Assembly (NCBI GenBank): GCA_973895155.1
Contig: OZ316899.1
Location: forward strand, 10,042,287-10,106,286
Length of the DNA: 64,000 bases
Source: Marsupella aquatica
Taxonomy: Eukaryota; Plantae; Marchantiophyta
Direction: 5' to 3'
Shown: positions 13,369 to 26,600 of the stretch, one piece after another
Layout: the number at the start of each line of letters is the position of its first letter
Numbering within the stretch: position 1 is the stretch's first letter
Made by a program: the position numbers and the translations under genes
Notes under the pieces: model-generated
Told to the model about the DNA's origin: nothing
The model's input: the letters and a program-made list of their open reading frames with translations, nothing else
The model's database searches: none

Positions 13369-15597
13369 TTGGACTTTGGCGCCCCCTTTTCTGGTCGAGG
13401 TGCACTCCTTTTTGGTCCTGCGGTCTTGAGGGAAGGCCAGGCTTTTTGTGAGGCAGCGACTTTACATGGAGATCCAAGAATGAAAGATGCTGAGGGAGGG
13501 GCAGGTCATTGGGTTGCTTCTCCGGCTCCACCGTCACTTGCTGCATTGGCTACGGGAAGGTCGCTTGCTTGTGGAGACAATCCAGACAGGAATTTTTTGA
13601 ATCAAGATGTCCGTTCTGGCCCTGGCGGCACCTCGAATGCTGGACATTACATCCTTCCTGGGAACGGGAATCCGGTCAGCAATAAACAAAGTTGGTTTGG
13701 ATTACGGGCTTCTGGTCCTGAGACGGATGGGTTCTTGCGCTGGGACCCCCCTCGACTTGAGCCTTTACCAATGGATGTGCTGGAGGACAGATTGAAGGAA
13801 CCATACGAGAATCACTTTCAGGAGGACATTGGGGACAGAATGGATGCTGATGCAACTAACAACGACTCAATTTTGGCTAGGCAACCTTCTCGTCTTCCTA
13901 GAGCGGCGCCTGGGTCTGGCCCAGGGTCTGGTGCTCGTGGTGCTCCACCCCTGATTGATCGCCCTTTTGTTGATCATCGTGCTGATGAGGCGGAAGCCTG
14001 CATTCCCATTTTGAGACGCATTGCTGACCTGTCTGTTTAGGACTGGCCTTCTAAGCTGCACACCACAATTGAGTGGTCCTTGGAGGAGGCCGCTGAGACT
14101 GTGAAGGAACTTTTCAACTGCACAATGATGTGTTACTTCACTGATCGACCCCCTTTTCTCCCGACGTTCAAATTTTGGGTGACCAAGACTTTTGTGGTTG
14201 ACTTAAAATGGCCGGTATCCCAGGTGAAGTTTGTGGGAAAGAACTTTTACATGGTTGTGTTCAAGGATCCTGCCCACCGCAACTTAGTGCTAGCTGAGGC
14301 TCCCTGGTTTCTGGATCGTAAATTTGTATTTACTTTTCCCTGGGACCCTTCCTTCGATATCAGAAGTGAATCATACACCCTTCTCCCTGTTTGGATCGAA
14401 ATCCCTTTCCGTGCTCTCGTTTTGGAGCCATGTCGCAGGAAACTTGCGGCCTCCCTGGGCGACATTTTGCATTACATTCAAGGTGATGAATTAAGCTCCT
14501 ATCCCCATGATCGTGCTTGCATTCTGTGGGACACCCAACGGGAATTGCCACTGAGTGTTGAAGTGCTGATTAAGACCAGACTCTCTATCTGGCAGCCAGT
14601 GATCTTTAAAAATATTCCTTTCCATTGCTTTTGTTGCAGCAAGAAAGGCCGCTTAGCGAGAGATTGCCGCGCACACGAGGAGGAAGAACCAGAACTTACC
14701 AAAAGTCAAGGTGCTGCCAATCTTGCTCCTGCTATGGAGACTGCCCCCCCTCTGAATGTCCCCTCGCCGGTGAACGTGATTCCCTCGTTGGACTCGGCTT
14801 TGATACCTCCTAATGAGAACTCACTGTCGATCACCACTGTGTTACATGGGGCTACCAATGATGCCCTGCCTGACAAACCTGCGATCACTGAAAGTCTACT
14901 TTTCGGAAGCTCTAGGAATCCTGATGTTGACCCTTATCCGGTTGTTACAAGTCGTGAAATTGAGGAGGCCTCCACTGGTGCTGCCCGGTACGACCCTTTG
15001 TCACTATTACTTTCTTACAACGCCAACTTCCCCAAGATCATACAGGATCTTTAGGAGGTCCAATCTGACTCTATAATTCAACCGGGACCCCAATTCTTGA
15101 ACTCTCTCCTTGCCTTGAATGCGAAGTCTGCCGCAACCGTTCCTGTCCCTCAATTGCCGCTGATGACTGTCGAAGTTGAATCTGAGGAACTTATTGCTGT
15201 TGAGGATGACATTTCGGCCTTTGACATTCCCTTCGACATGGACCTATCGGAATACGAGGGCATCATCTCTCGCTCTGCCATCAAGAAGGAACGAGCTAGG
15301 AAGCTGGCAAGGCGCTCCCCTCCCGAAGATAAAAAGAAGGACAAGGGTAAGAAAAAGGCCAGGAAGCAAAGATCCTTACAATTCGTGGATTCTAAATTGC
15401 AGGATGCGGCTGGGTGGGTGACACCGGAGAGGCGCTTGTCACGTGAACTTTGGATGCCTTCGACTGTGACTCCCAATGAAATCAATGATACTTTGGCGAT
15501 TTTGGCCGACCCTCATGCTGAGATTACAAGTAACCCTCTTCCGAGTCCAGCCTTGCCGATGCTGGAACCTGCTAAGTCACCGCTTACCCCTGTGTAG
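13369..15597 (+). pseudogene. LINE ORF1 (DUF4283-like RRM plus zinc knuckle), two in-frame stops
   Basis: PWFLDRKFVFTFPW, LPVWIEIP, degenerate knuckle CFCCSKKGRLARDC; ORFs 13369-14040, 14080-15054 and 15097-15597 share one frame. Confidence 0.85.
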
Positions 15598-15639
15598 CTG
15601 ATCTGGTTTTGCTCCCTCTGAGATGTGATATTACGGAGC

Positions 15640-18600
15640 ATGAGAATTTTCCATTTTGCCTCATGGAATGTTTGCGGACTATGTAATCTGGATCGTAAGC
15701 ACGTTGTTCTTAGGTGGGCTTCCTCTTTGCGCCCACCTCTTGATGCTCTGGCTTTACAAGAGATCAAGGCTGATGAATTCAGATTGGATAGTGCTCTACG
15801 TACTATTCTACCCTCCTTCCAACACTTTTGTTCTCCCCCTGATGATGGCCGCGGCGGGACGGCTCTTCTCATTCAACCCTCTTTCAAGGTTACAACATCT
15901 GGCGTTCTTGACGGAGGAAGAGCGGTTTGGATTCAGATTGAACATGCTATGGGGAATTTTGGGCTGGTTAGCCTTTATGCACCCAATTTGGCTGGAGAAA
16001 GATTGTTGTTATGGAACGACTTGTTGAATGTCCTGCCTCCGGACCGCTGGATAATTTGTGGTGACTTCAACATGACTGAGAGAAGCGAAGATTCTACTGG
16101 AGTATCCCCTCTCATCTGCGGCCGTGAGTTGGAATTTTGGCGCTTTCTCAAAACTAAGTTTGACCTGCTAGACGCTATCTCCGTCCTGGGCCAGGCTACT
16201 GGTGCGTCCTTTACTTGGCGTAGAGTCCGCAATGGTAGACTGTCCCAATCAAGACTTGACCGCTTCTACTTCAGCCAGGCTGGCCGCTGGACCTCTGAGA
16301 TTGTCAAGCTTAAACATGATGGAACATCAGCACTTTCTGATCACGACCCTGTACTGATTACCTTTCGTCTTAATCCCTCACCTATGATTGACTCCAACAG
16401 GAGAAGAGCGACCTACTTTAAGGCGAACCCCTCGGTACTTTGGAAGTCTGGAAATTTGGAATTATTGGCAGCTGCGTGGAAGGGGGAAGGAGCTGCTTTG
16501 ACGGACCCGCATCTTCGTTTTGCTGGGGCTTTTCAGAGATTTCGGAAATGCTACATGGAGCTTCAATCTTAGCCTGTGCCTCGCGAAGAAGAATTGGCAC
16601 TCCTGAAGAACAAACTTGGCCTCCTTAAAATTGGTATCATGGATGAGTACTCTCTGGGAGTTGTCCAGGATTTTTCCTTCATAGATAATTGCGTTCGCGA
16701 GCTAGAGCTTGAAGATGCACACTACTACCGGCGTCTTTCCCGAATCAACTGGCTTGGCCAGGGGGAAGAACCTTCTAAGTTCTATTTCTCATTGGTCAAG
16801 GCAAAGCAAGTGAGAGAAACGATGGAATGCCTAATTGGAGAGGATGGCAAAGAAATTAGGGATGAAAATATGATTATCAAGGAGGTTCAGACATTCTGTG
16901 AATCACTGTACTCTCCACCTGAACGAAGTGCTGTGGAACTTATGGAGATGAGATCTGCTTGTCGGAGGCTTTGCGAACACACTCATTTCTCCCCGTCTGC
17001 CACTGAGAACAGAAATCTAGATATGTTACCTACCTTACAGGAGGTACATGATACTCTGCTCATGCTACCCAATGACAAGGCGCCTGGGGTGGATGGTATG
17101 ACCGCCGAGGTCTTGAGGGCCTCTTGGGATTTTGTGAAAGCTGATTTCTATGATATGATCTGTGCCTTTTGGAGGACTGGTCATATTTCTTATGGCATCA
17201 AGGATGGAGTGATCCGCTTTATCCCCAAAAAGACTGACAAGCGGCATCTGAGCGACTGGAGGCCGCTGACGATGCTTACCATTACCTACAAGTTTTTGGC
17301 TAAGCTGCTTGCTCGACGACTGATGGTGCTACTGCCCCGTATGATTAGTCCACAGCAGACCGGTTTCATTCCCGGTCGACACATTTTGGAGAATATCTCG
17401 CTTACTTGGTTGGCAAGCGACTGGATTGAATATACGCAGACCCCATCTCTCTTTTTGCAACTTGACTTTGAGAAAGCTTTTGATAGGGTCGACCATCTCT
17501 ACATCTGGGAGACTATGAACCTTCTAGGTCTTAGTTCACATTTCATTCTCTTGGTACGGTCCCTCTTAAGCAACTCTTGCTCTAAAGTTCTTGTCAACGG
17601 TCTTTGGTCTGCTGATATTCACATGTGCAGAGGAGTCCGGCAGGGGTGCCCCCTCTCCCCACTTCTATTTGCTATCTCTACTCAGCCCCTAATGGATTTC
17701 TGCCAGGCGGAGATTGTTGCTGGTCGTTTGTAGGGACTCAAAATCTCCCCTTCCTTCACCCTCTGTTTTAGGTTGTTTGCTGACGATCTGGGCCTCTTTA
17801 TCCCTGCTGATGTGATAACTTTTGAGCAAGCCAGAAGCACTATTACCTGCTATGAGTGTGCTACGGGTGCTAAACTCAACCTGGCTAAATCAACCATCAT
17901 TCCCCTGGCTGGCTACAGGACACTGGCTGTACAATCAGCCCTGCTGGCACTGTGCAGAGATATTTGGGTGGACCTTTTGGATCCAATCTTACTGAGAAGC
18001 AACTACATTGCTTTTGCTTAGACCGGATTAGTGCACGTCTTGCATCCTGGTCCACTCGCTTTCTTTCCTTCACAGGTCGTCTACTGTTAATCAAGCATGT
18101 ACTTCAGGCCATCCCGGTCTATCACATGATGTTCCTACTCTCTCCCGCTGCTTTGACTAAAAAGCTGATTGCTTTAAACAGAATTTTTCTGTGGGGTTCG
18201 AACCCGCTGGGTGGAAGACGCATCCCACTTGTGGCTTGGGATAAGATGACTCGACCCAAATTTGACGGTGGACTTGGCCTAAAGGACTTCAAGAGTCACT
18301 CTGATGCCCTTCTGTGTAAGTGGTTTACTGGCGCTTTGGACCATCCTGAATCTGAATGGGCTTGCATGTTCGCGGAAAACCTTCGACTTACCAAATGGCG
18401 GAACTACAAGGCTATACGTCGAAGCTCTTACTCTATGGCTGACAAGTTGCTACTCTGTACCCCTCGTAGCTTTGGGAGACTTACGTATACAAATCAGTTG
18501 TGGAGTGCCTGGGAGAGAATGAGATCAAATTTGATTTTCTGTCCTACTGAAGCTGATCATATCCCTGGCCACTGGGGATTTGAGGATACTATCCGCTGTC

Positions 18601-19491
18601 TACAAGGATTCTACAATTTACCTGAGATCGATATTGTGCTGCTAACAAGAACGTTTGGTTCTCTGGGTATCAGGAGAATTCGGGACTTCTGGTCTACAAT
18701 TGATGGCACTTGGAAAAATGTTGAATTACATCTACCTCGTCTGAGAGGCCTTACGCTTCTCAACAGGACTTTATGCCTCTCTCTTGCTGGTGTGATCCGT
18801 GGCTCTCCCTGTGAGGGAGATGCTACTGCTACTGCTTCTCGTACCTGCATGTGGCGCTGGTTGGATCGGGAGGAGAGAATGAATCGTTTTGACTTAACGA
18901 ATGCACGTGCTTATGAGTTGCTTCGCCCAAAAGGCACTGACTCCGCCCGGCTGAACCGGATCTAGGGGGAAAATCTACCGGATGAGGATTGGAGTAGAGT
19001 GTGGAACACTGTGTGGGCTTCTGACCTCTCTACCCGTGCTAAGGTCTTTCTGTGGCGGATTATTGCGCAAGGCTTGTTCTCTGGCTCCCGTGCTCTACGG
19101 ATTGGCAAGTCGGATGGCTGTTGTGGCTTATGTGCTGGGACGATTGAAAACTATTCCTCACATTTTCTTTTCATGTCGTCATGCTTGTTGCTGTTGGCTA
19201 GAGGTCCACGGATGGATGGAGGGTGCACTCTGCGATGGATCACCAAGTTTATTCACTCTGATTTTTTCCGCTGCAAGGAAACTGCCTATTCACTCTCTTC
19301 AAATTTACACGGTTTACCAGATCCTGTGGTGCATTTGGCTAGCCCGTAATGCTCAAACTTTTGACAAAACTCGTCACAGAATCTTTGATCAATTGCTGGT
19401 GATCTCTGAGATTTTGGACCACTTGAATGCGGTTATCACATCCACTTTGGTGCTGTCTACCTCTCTGTTAAGCCGCAAACATCGATGCTAA
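15640..19491 (+). pseudogene. LINE ORF2: APE endonuclease, RT and zf-RVT, interrupted
   Basis: SWNVCGL, LQEIK, GDFN, RLDRFY, SDHDPV (EN); KAPGVDG, DFEKAFDRV, QGCPLSP, LFADDL (RT); CGLC...HIFFSC. Confidence 0.93.
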
Positions 19492-22400
19492 GGGACTGAT
19501 AGAGACAGAATGCATCAGCATTCTCAGGAGTGGGGTTAGGAGGATTGAATCCATCCTGGATGGCGGTGCTGCAGGAGGACACCCGACGCTTTGATCCTTT
19601 TTAGGCCACAAAAGCTCTTAGTTAATGGTTTACTTAGCTGCCTTTGTGTCCTTGATCATAGGCCTACTTTATATCTTTAGGATTAGGAATTTTTGCTCTT
19701 ATGCCTGCCCTTGATCTTATTACGGCATTTCGTGCTGCTTGACTACCCCCCCTTTTTTTACCCTTGCAGGCTTGGTTGACTGATGAGCCTTAGGACCATA
19801 CTCCTGACAAGACATCCGTCCCCTTGCACTGGCACTATTTTGATTCTGCTTTACTCTTAAGTTGATTAGATACAACTGTCTGAGTGCCAGTGAAAACTTG
19901 ATTCTTACTAGTTTTCAACATCTGTTGGATCTGATGTCCTTGACTTTCTTGGACTCTTATGTGTCCTATCACTCTTTTGCCCTTTGTGGCTTCTGTTGCC
20001 GTTTGGCCTGCTGGTTCCCCCCATCCGTGGGGTTCACGCGGAATAAAATTAAATTAAAAATTAAAAATTAAAATAATAAAAAAATAACAACATTATAACG
20101 AACATTGAATAATGACAAAGTAAGATACGTTAAGCATTTGGAAGATATAAATGAAGCTACTTTTGTGAAAGGATTATAGACTGGTGAACATTCATTCTAA
20201 AATATTTTTTGCGCTCACACCTCTGGTCTCAGTTGCAAAAGTTTTGTCTCGGTCTTGAGTCAGTTCAAAGTCACTTGCTTCAGTTTTCATGGCTCCACCA
20301 CAAGCAAAGGGGAAGGCAAAGGTTACAGTTATAGGTGATAGCGATGGAGAGGGTGCCGCGGAGAAGGCTCACACAAGGCCTCCGACTCAGTCCACTCAAC
20401 ATCCATCCATCCCAATTTTGGCCAAGGGGAAAGTGATCTTGAAGAGCTGACCCATTGGAGCCCCACCAGATGGATCTCTTCCGTCAAAAGCAAAAATTCC
20501 GCCCTCGCGCAGAAATCTTTGGTGTCGACGACAAAGCTCTCTACTTTGCCTCTGTCACCTGGGCAGCCCACAAGTGCTTCCAGTGAGGGCGAGGAGACCC
20601 ATGACAACTCAAAGACCAACGACGACTCTGGGTCCAACAACAACTCGTCGTGCAGTCGGGGTGGGTTTTGTTGGGGCGTTGGTTCAAGTGACTCAAACGA
20701 CAACTCTGACGCATACAAGCCAAGCTGGTGGGAAGATTGAATGAACCCAGTGACACAGCAATTGAATGAAGCTGCAGAACAAAGTAGTCCAGAGTAGATA
20801 GCCACGTCCATTTTTTGCTATCCGCTGTTGACAGCCACAACCATTTTTTGGCAGTAATGGTCACTCTTTTTGCAGCATGGTAGTGTGGAAATGTAGTGGG
20901 AGCTTACTCCCTAGCTTTTTTTACAAATCTTGAAGTGTAGACTAGGATGTTTCTACACTTGTTAGAGTAACTTTGGTGTCCTCAAATGGAGTTTGGTACG
21001 CTTTAATATCGTTCACACAAAATTTGTATGAGTCAGTTTGAGTTATTGTATGTTATGTACAATGGGAATGCGTCAATCCTAGTTGCAAATGTCTTTGGGA
21101 AGTCTTCAAATTTATTGTAGTTCATCGATGGTTTCCAATGTAGGACTCTCACCGGGTAAAAGTTCCATAATAGTGCTCGGCGCTATCATTGAAATGCTCA
21201 AAATATTCCCAGATATGCATGACTTTGTATGAGATTTGCATGATGATTAGAATTGATTTGGGCCCCTTTTATAATAGCGCCAAGCGCTAATAACATTTTA
21301 AGGAGAAAACGTTTGAAATAACATCCAGTTGCATCCTCAATGCCCAAAACCATTCTAATGGTGTAAATGCACATCTGTGGTCATCTTGTTAGCGCTCGAC
21401 GCTATTAAAACTTATAGTTTAATGTGCATTTTATGCTGTTCTTTTTTATAGCGCTTGGTGCTATCAATGAGGGCGATTTGGTCAACGATCATATTTCAAC
21501 GGTAACATGAAAGATTATCGGTCACACTGTCAAAGTTCTGCATGGTCGCTGGTCCAATGGTAACCTTCCAAGTGTTTGGCTCTGTTGGAGTTACCGTTGA
21601 ACAACATTCTGAGGTGCTAGGCACTACATCTCTTAACCCTCTACTGGGACTTGGCGCTCGTGGGAGAAACATAATCCGGCATACTTGTCTCTAGGAGCAG
21701 CCCGTTTGAACGTGACATTTTGTACCTGCCTCTGTTACTCCGTACTAGCTCAAGGGCTCACGGAGAGGCGTACAACATTGTCTGATGTTCTTCTCAACGT
21801 CGTCGCCATCTCTTTGTCGGGTAATACGAGGATGGGAGATAGTCATGCCGGTCATTCCAAGTCCTCACAGTCTTTTTCAGGCTCTATATACACCCATTGC
21901 GTGACTCGGTCGACTGCGTCTCATTCGCATTCAGACATTGGCTCAACTCTTCCAACCACACGATCAAGAAGGGGGAGAATGGACACGAATATGCGGATGT
22001 CGCACGGGTTGGATGCTTACATCTCCAAACATGTCTTGTCCTTTGGGAAAGATTTCAAAGGATTGGAGAAGGAGCCTCCATGAATTCCTCTTTGTCGATT
22101 GCTTCATATGGAAGTCGTGCGGACGTTGTAGAAGCAGAGCGCCTCCATCAAGAAGTTGAAGGAGTCATTCCGGATTTCTGGATACAATTCACGCATGGGC
22201 ATGCCATTCTACGTTCAGCCAACGAATGCAGATGGGGTTCCACAAATTTGCACTAATGAGATTTGAGCCTCTTGGGATCCAATATGGGTTGCCAAGAATG
22301 ACAAGTTCGAGGAAGAGTGTGACGTTGATCCGGATTTCAAAGTTTTGAAGGACAAGATGTTTTGTGTCTTTGATGGAAATCACCGTTTGTATTTGTGGTT

Positions 22401-23119
22401 GATTGTGACAGCAGAGCATCCTGACAGCATTAAGTACCACCCTTGTGTGACTTGCATTATTTTCAATGGAGATAAAGGTTCCCTCGTGGAGCTTGAGGCT
22501 GCCATGCACGCTGTGAACTAGTAAGTCATTGTTCAGGACAACCTCATTTAATATGATGTACAAGTTCACCATAGAGTTTTGATGTGATATTATCTTTGGT
22601 GTTGTACTAGCGCCCGGCGCTGCTAATTTCCATTTAAATTTTTCACATAGGTTGGGACAAGCTATTGTTGAGCCATCTTGGATTCTTGATGCCAACAGAA
22701 TCTCTCGGCTTTTATCACGCGACCTAGAGCACTAAAAACCCCTCATTGATAATACAAGTCATGCAAAGTTTGAAGCCATTCAAAAGAAGACTTGCAAGGG
22801 TTCTTGGTATATACACAAGATGCCACAAGACGCACTCATCTACATTTTGTGTGAGAACAAGATTAAATCTTACACATACCAGTTCAAAGTGGACATGGAT
22901 TTTGCAGTTGCGCGCCCAGGGGACTCTGTGGTCAGAAGAGGAGACGCAGAAGAGGCATGAAGCTATGATGAAGGAAGTGACAAAAGATTGGGTGATCAAA
23001 GTAACAAAGATCACTCCATTACTGCACCCTGATTTTGGTGACTACTTGGGCACATGTGCCAAAATGTTTCCCTTGACAGAGAAGAACAAAAGAGAAAAGA
23101 AACCCGATATAGTTGTTTG

Positions 23120-23316
23120 TATTCAGAGACAAGAAGATGAATAAGAACATACACCAACAACTGGAGGTTCCCTCCAACTTCCATTACCTTATAGTCCCTA
23201 AGGACTCGATCTATTACATGCGGTTAGGTTGTTACTAACAACCTAAGCTTCGGTTAGTTAGGACTAACTAACTCTACTAACATGACTCGGGTTAGTGTTA
23301 ACTTCATATTACAACA
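23120..23316 (-). repeat. 3' LTR of copia element 2 (TG...TA termini)
   Basis: Identical to 28608-28804. Confidence 0.95.
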
Positions 23317-23637
23317 CTCCCCCTTGGTTACTTGAATAGCATAATAAAGTAACCATATTGAGAGTAATACTAACCCTAGGTGGATTATTTTGGTACCCAT
23401 AAGGAGAGTGTGGTCTCATCAAAACCCCCCTTCTTTCTTCTGGGGGAAAGAGTACCACCACTCTGTACATGGCATGGGTCCATATTGAAATGTAGACGTA
23501 TAGTAGAAATGTGATTCGATGTATGCATTCTTGATAGGCGAAGGTGAACATGTTAATGCATCGTAAGTGGTAATGGTTGCGGTGTCGTCTATAATCGTGT
23601 AGAAAATGGAGTTTAGGGTTTAATCGGATCGTAATGG

Positions 23638-26600
23638 TCATATCTGTTCTGTGTGCAGTGTGGATAGGCTTCTCATGCCGATGCCGTATGAATGTTCCTT
23701 ATGCAAAAGCGGTGGTAATGGTTTTGTGAATAAGTCTGCTCGGTTGTCTCGGCTGGGTATCCATTCGACCTGAATTTGATCACCGTGCTGTTCATGTGTA
23801 TAGAAGAATTTCGAAGAGATGTGTTTAATTCTATCACCTTTTATGAAGCCATGAGCGATTTGGTCAACACAGGGGCGGTTGTCCTCGTAAATAGTAGTAG
23901 GCGCTTTAGATTGTTGGCGACCAGTGTGCTTGTGGATGTGATGGAGCATGCTTCGTAACCATACACATTCTCGGCAGGCTTCATACAAAGCTATGATTTC
24001 CGCATGATTAGAAGAGGTTGTGGTGAGTGTTTGCTTGGAGCTGCGCCACGAAATGGCGGTGCCACCTTGAAGAAAAACGTACCCTGTTTGTGATTTGGCA
24101 TCTCCAGGGTCAGAGAGGTAGCCCGCATCTGCAAATCCAATCAATTTGTCTTCAGCATCTTTCGGAAAAAATAGACCAACGTCGACTGTGCCCTTCAGGT
24201 ATCGAAAAATCCTCTTCAGCCCATTCCAATGGCGGATTGTTGGCTGAGAACTATGTCTGGCCAAGAGATTTACAGCAAAAGAGATGTCGGGACGAGTCTG
24301 ATTAGCCAAATACATAAGGGCGCCAATGGCAGAGAGGTAGGGTTTGTCGGATCCAAGAAGAGGTTCTGTTTCGCCGCGCCTTCTGAACATATCTTTGTTA
24401 GTGTCTAAGGAGCGAAGCTCCATTGGTGTGCTGACAGGGTGGGCTGTTTGCATATTGAACTGTCGTAAAATCTTCTCGGTGTAGGTAGATTGACTAATCA
24501 GAATACCATTGTGCAGGTAGTCGAACTGAATGCCGAGGCAGAAGTTAGGTGGACCAAGGTCCCTCATTTCGAATGTGCCCTTCAGAATACGGAGTGTATG
24601 GGCTGTGAGTTGTGGTGTCCCGAATATATTCAGGTCATCAACATAGATGGCTATTATGACGAATTCTTCTGCCTCAGATTTCAGGAATAGACAGGGCGCT
24701 AGCTCATCATTTATAAATCCCAAAGCTAACATTTCAGCTTGGAATCGTTTATACCACATCCGGCCACTTTGCTTTAGGCCATACATTGAACGCAAGATTT
24801 GTACGGCATATTCCATTTGAGGTCTCTTGCTGCGTGCTGGAGGCACTTGATGTGTATTATGTGGTGAGTATAGCCCACCAGAGTGGACAGTAGGTCCAGC
24901 ATTTGTAATTTGCGCAATTAAGGGTTCAGTAGGAACCATCTGGATCATGCCAGATCGTAGTGATTGGACTGATATGCCGGATTTCTCCCCCTGAATGTGG
25001 AAGGACAATCTATTGAGAAGCTCTGGAGGAGCTTTCATGTAAATTTTGGTATCTAGCATGCCATACAGGTAAGCTGTTATTACATCCAGGATGTGCATGA
25101 CTAGCTTATGTAGTAAAGCAAACGCTATCATGTAGCGGTATGTAATTGAGTCCATCACTGGAGAATGTGTCAGGTCATAGTCTTGACCTGGGATTTGGGT
25201 GTAGCCCTTCGCCACTAGTCTGGCCTTATATCTAACTACTTCGCCCTTGGCATTTCTCTTGCGGACGAAGATGAATCTGTAGCCTGTTAGATGGCTGTGA
25301 GTAGGAGCTGGAGTGATCGGTCCGAAAACTTGGTGTTTGATCAGCGAATCAAGTTCAGAGTTAATAGCCGCTTCCCATTGGGGCCAGTCTGGGCGAGATT
25401 GACATTCTGTTACTGTTAATGGGTCTGGAGTATCATTAGTTATCTCTTTTGATATCATATATGCAAATGCATCATCTATGGTAGTGGTTTCTCGTTTCCA
25501 GATTTGGCCTGAATGCATATATTGGATGGCTATTTCGTCATTGTCATTAACTAAAGTTGGTTGAGGTCCAGGGGGTGCAGGTGTGGGACTTGGTATCGTA
25601 GGTACAACAGGTGTGGTCCGGCGTTGTCTGGGTTGGCTATCTTTCGAGCCAAGTGGTCTGCCCCTTTTTGCCCTGGGGAGGGCTTCGGTAGCTAGTCGAG
25701 TGGGTTGGATCCGTGCTGGTGCATTGGCAGCGGGTGTTAAGGATTGAGTGACATTTGCAGCATCATTAAAGGCGTCTGGGAGTTTCTCTAACATTTGTTG
25801 AAGGTGGAGGATTTTCTGTACTTCTGCTTCGGTTTGGACTGTCCGTGGATCATGCTGGAAGGAGGGTTTTAACTGCCATTGTAAGTCCGGTGTATAGACT
25901 GGAGTCTGGTTCTCCATTAATTTGGGGAAATCATCTTCAATAAAATCACAATCAAGGAACCGAGCCTTGAATAGATCTGCTGTAGATGGTTCTAAATACC
26001 GAATAATTGATGGTGAGTCGAATCCTACATAAATCCCCTGTTGTCTCTGTGGACCCATCTTGGTGCGTTTGGGTCCCAAAATGGGGACCAGGACTTTGCA
26101 CCCGAAGATGCGAAGGTGAGAGACATTAGGTGGGATTCCGAACAATAAATGGTGTGGGGTATACTGATTATAGGCAGATGGTCTGTATCGGATGAGGGAG
26201 GAGGCGTGAATAATGGCATGACCCCATGCTGATATAGGTAAATTGGTCTGTAGCAGTAAAGGTCTGGCTATCATCTGTAGTCGCTTGATTAAGGATTCAG
26301 CTATTCCATTCTGGAAGTGTACATGGGGTACAGGATACTGAACATCAATCCCTGCAGTTTCGCAGTATGTGTCGAATGTCCGGGATGTGAACTCACCGGC
26401 ATTATCGACTCGAAGGGTGCAGATTGGATGATCTGGAAATTGTGATCTGAGTTTCAGTATGTTGGACAGTATCCGAGAAAATACAAGATTTCTGGTTGAT
26501 AGCAAGGAGACTTGGGACCATTTGGAGGAAGCATCGATGAGTACTAGGAAGTATCTGAAGGGGCCTGATGGGGGGTCTATAGGGCCACACACATCCGCAT

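Larger units (their letters stand above)
12626..20082 (+). mobile_element. L1-clade LINE, full length (~7.46 kb), decayed
   Basis: 18-bp TSD AATAACAACATTATAACG at 12608-12625 and 20083-20100; A-rich tail 20042-20082; ORF1 and ORF2 motifs. Confidence 0.95.
9170..20811 (-). pseudogene. MULE-type DDE transposase (spliced; core exons 9170-12472; LINE sits in the intron 12473-20221)
   Basis: WRKY/GCM1-like Zn finger (CTGSLECRNNSC...CHHC...C...HMGFHNHP); candidate triad SFDVMHR / GFTADNAQAGW / TGLESVHA; CxxH-equivalent NAFHFYQS; GT-AG introns at ~10233-10551 and 12473-20221; several stops and frameshifts. Confidence 0.65.

Noticed and set aside
21171-21463. Spaced palindromes as a CRISPR array
   Set aside because: Repeats are only 15 bp, spacing is irregular, there are no cas genes and the context is eukaryotic.
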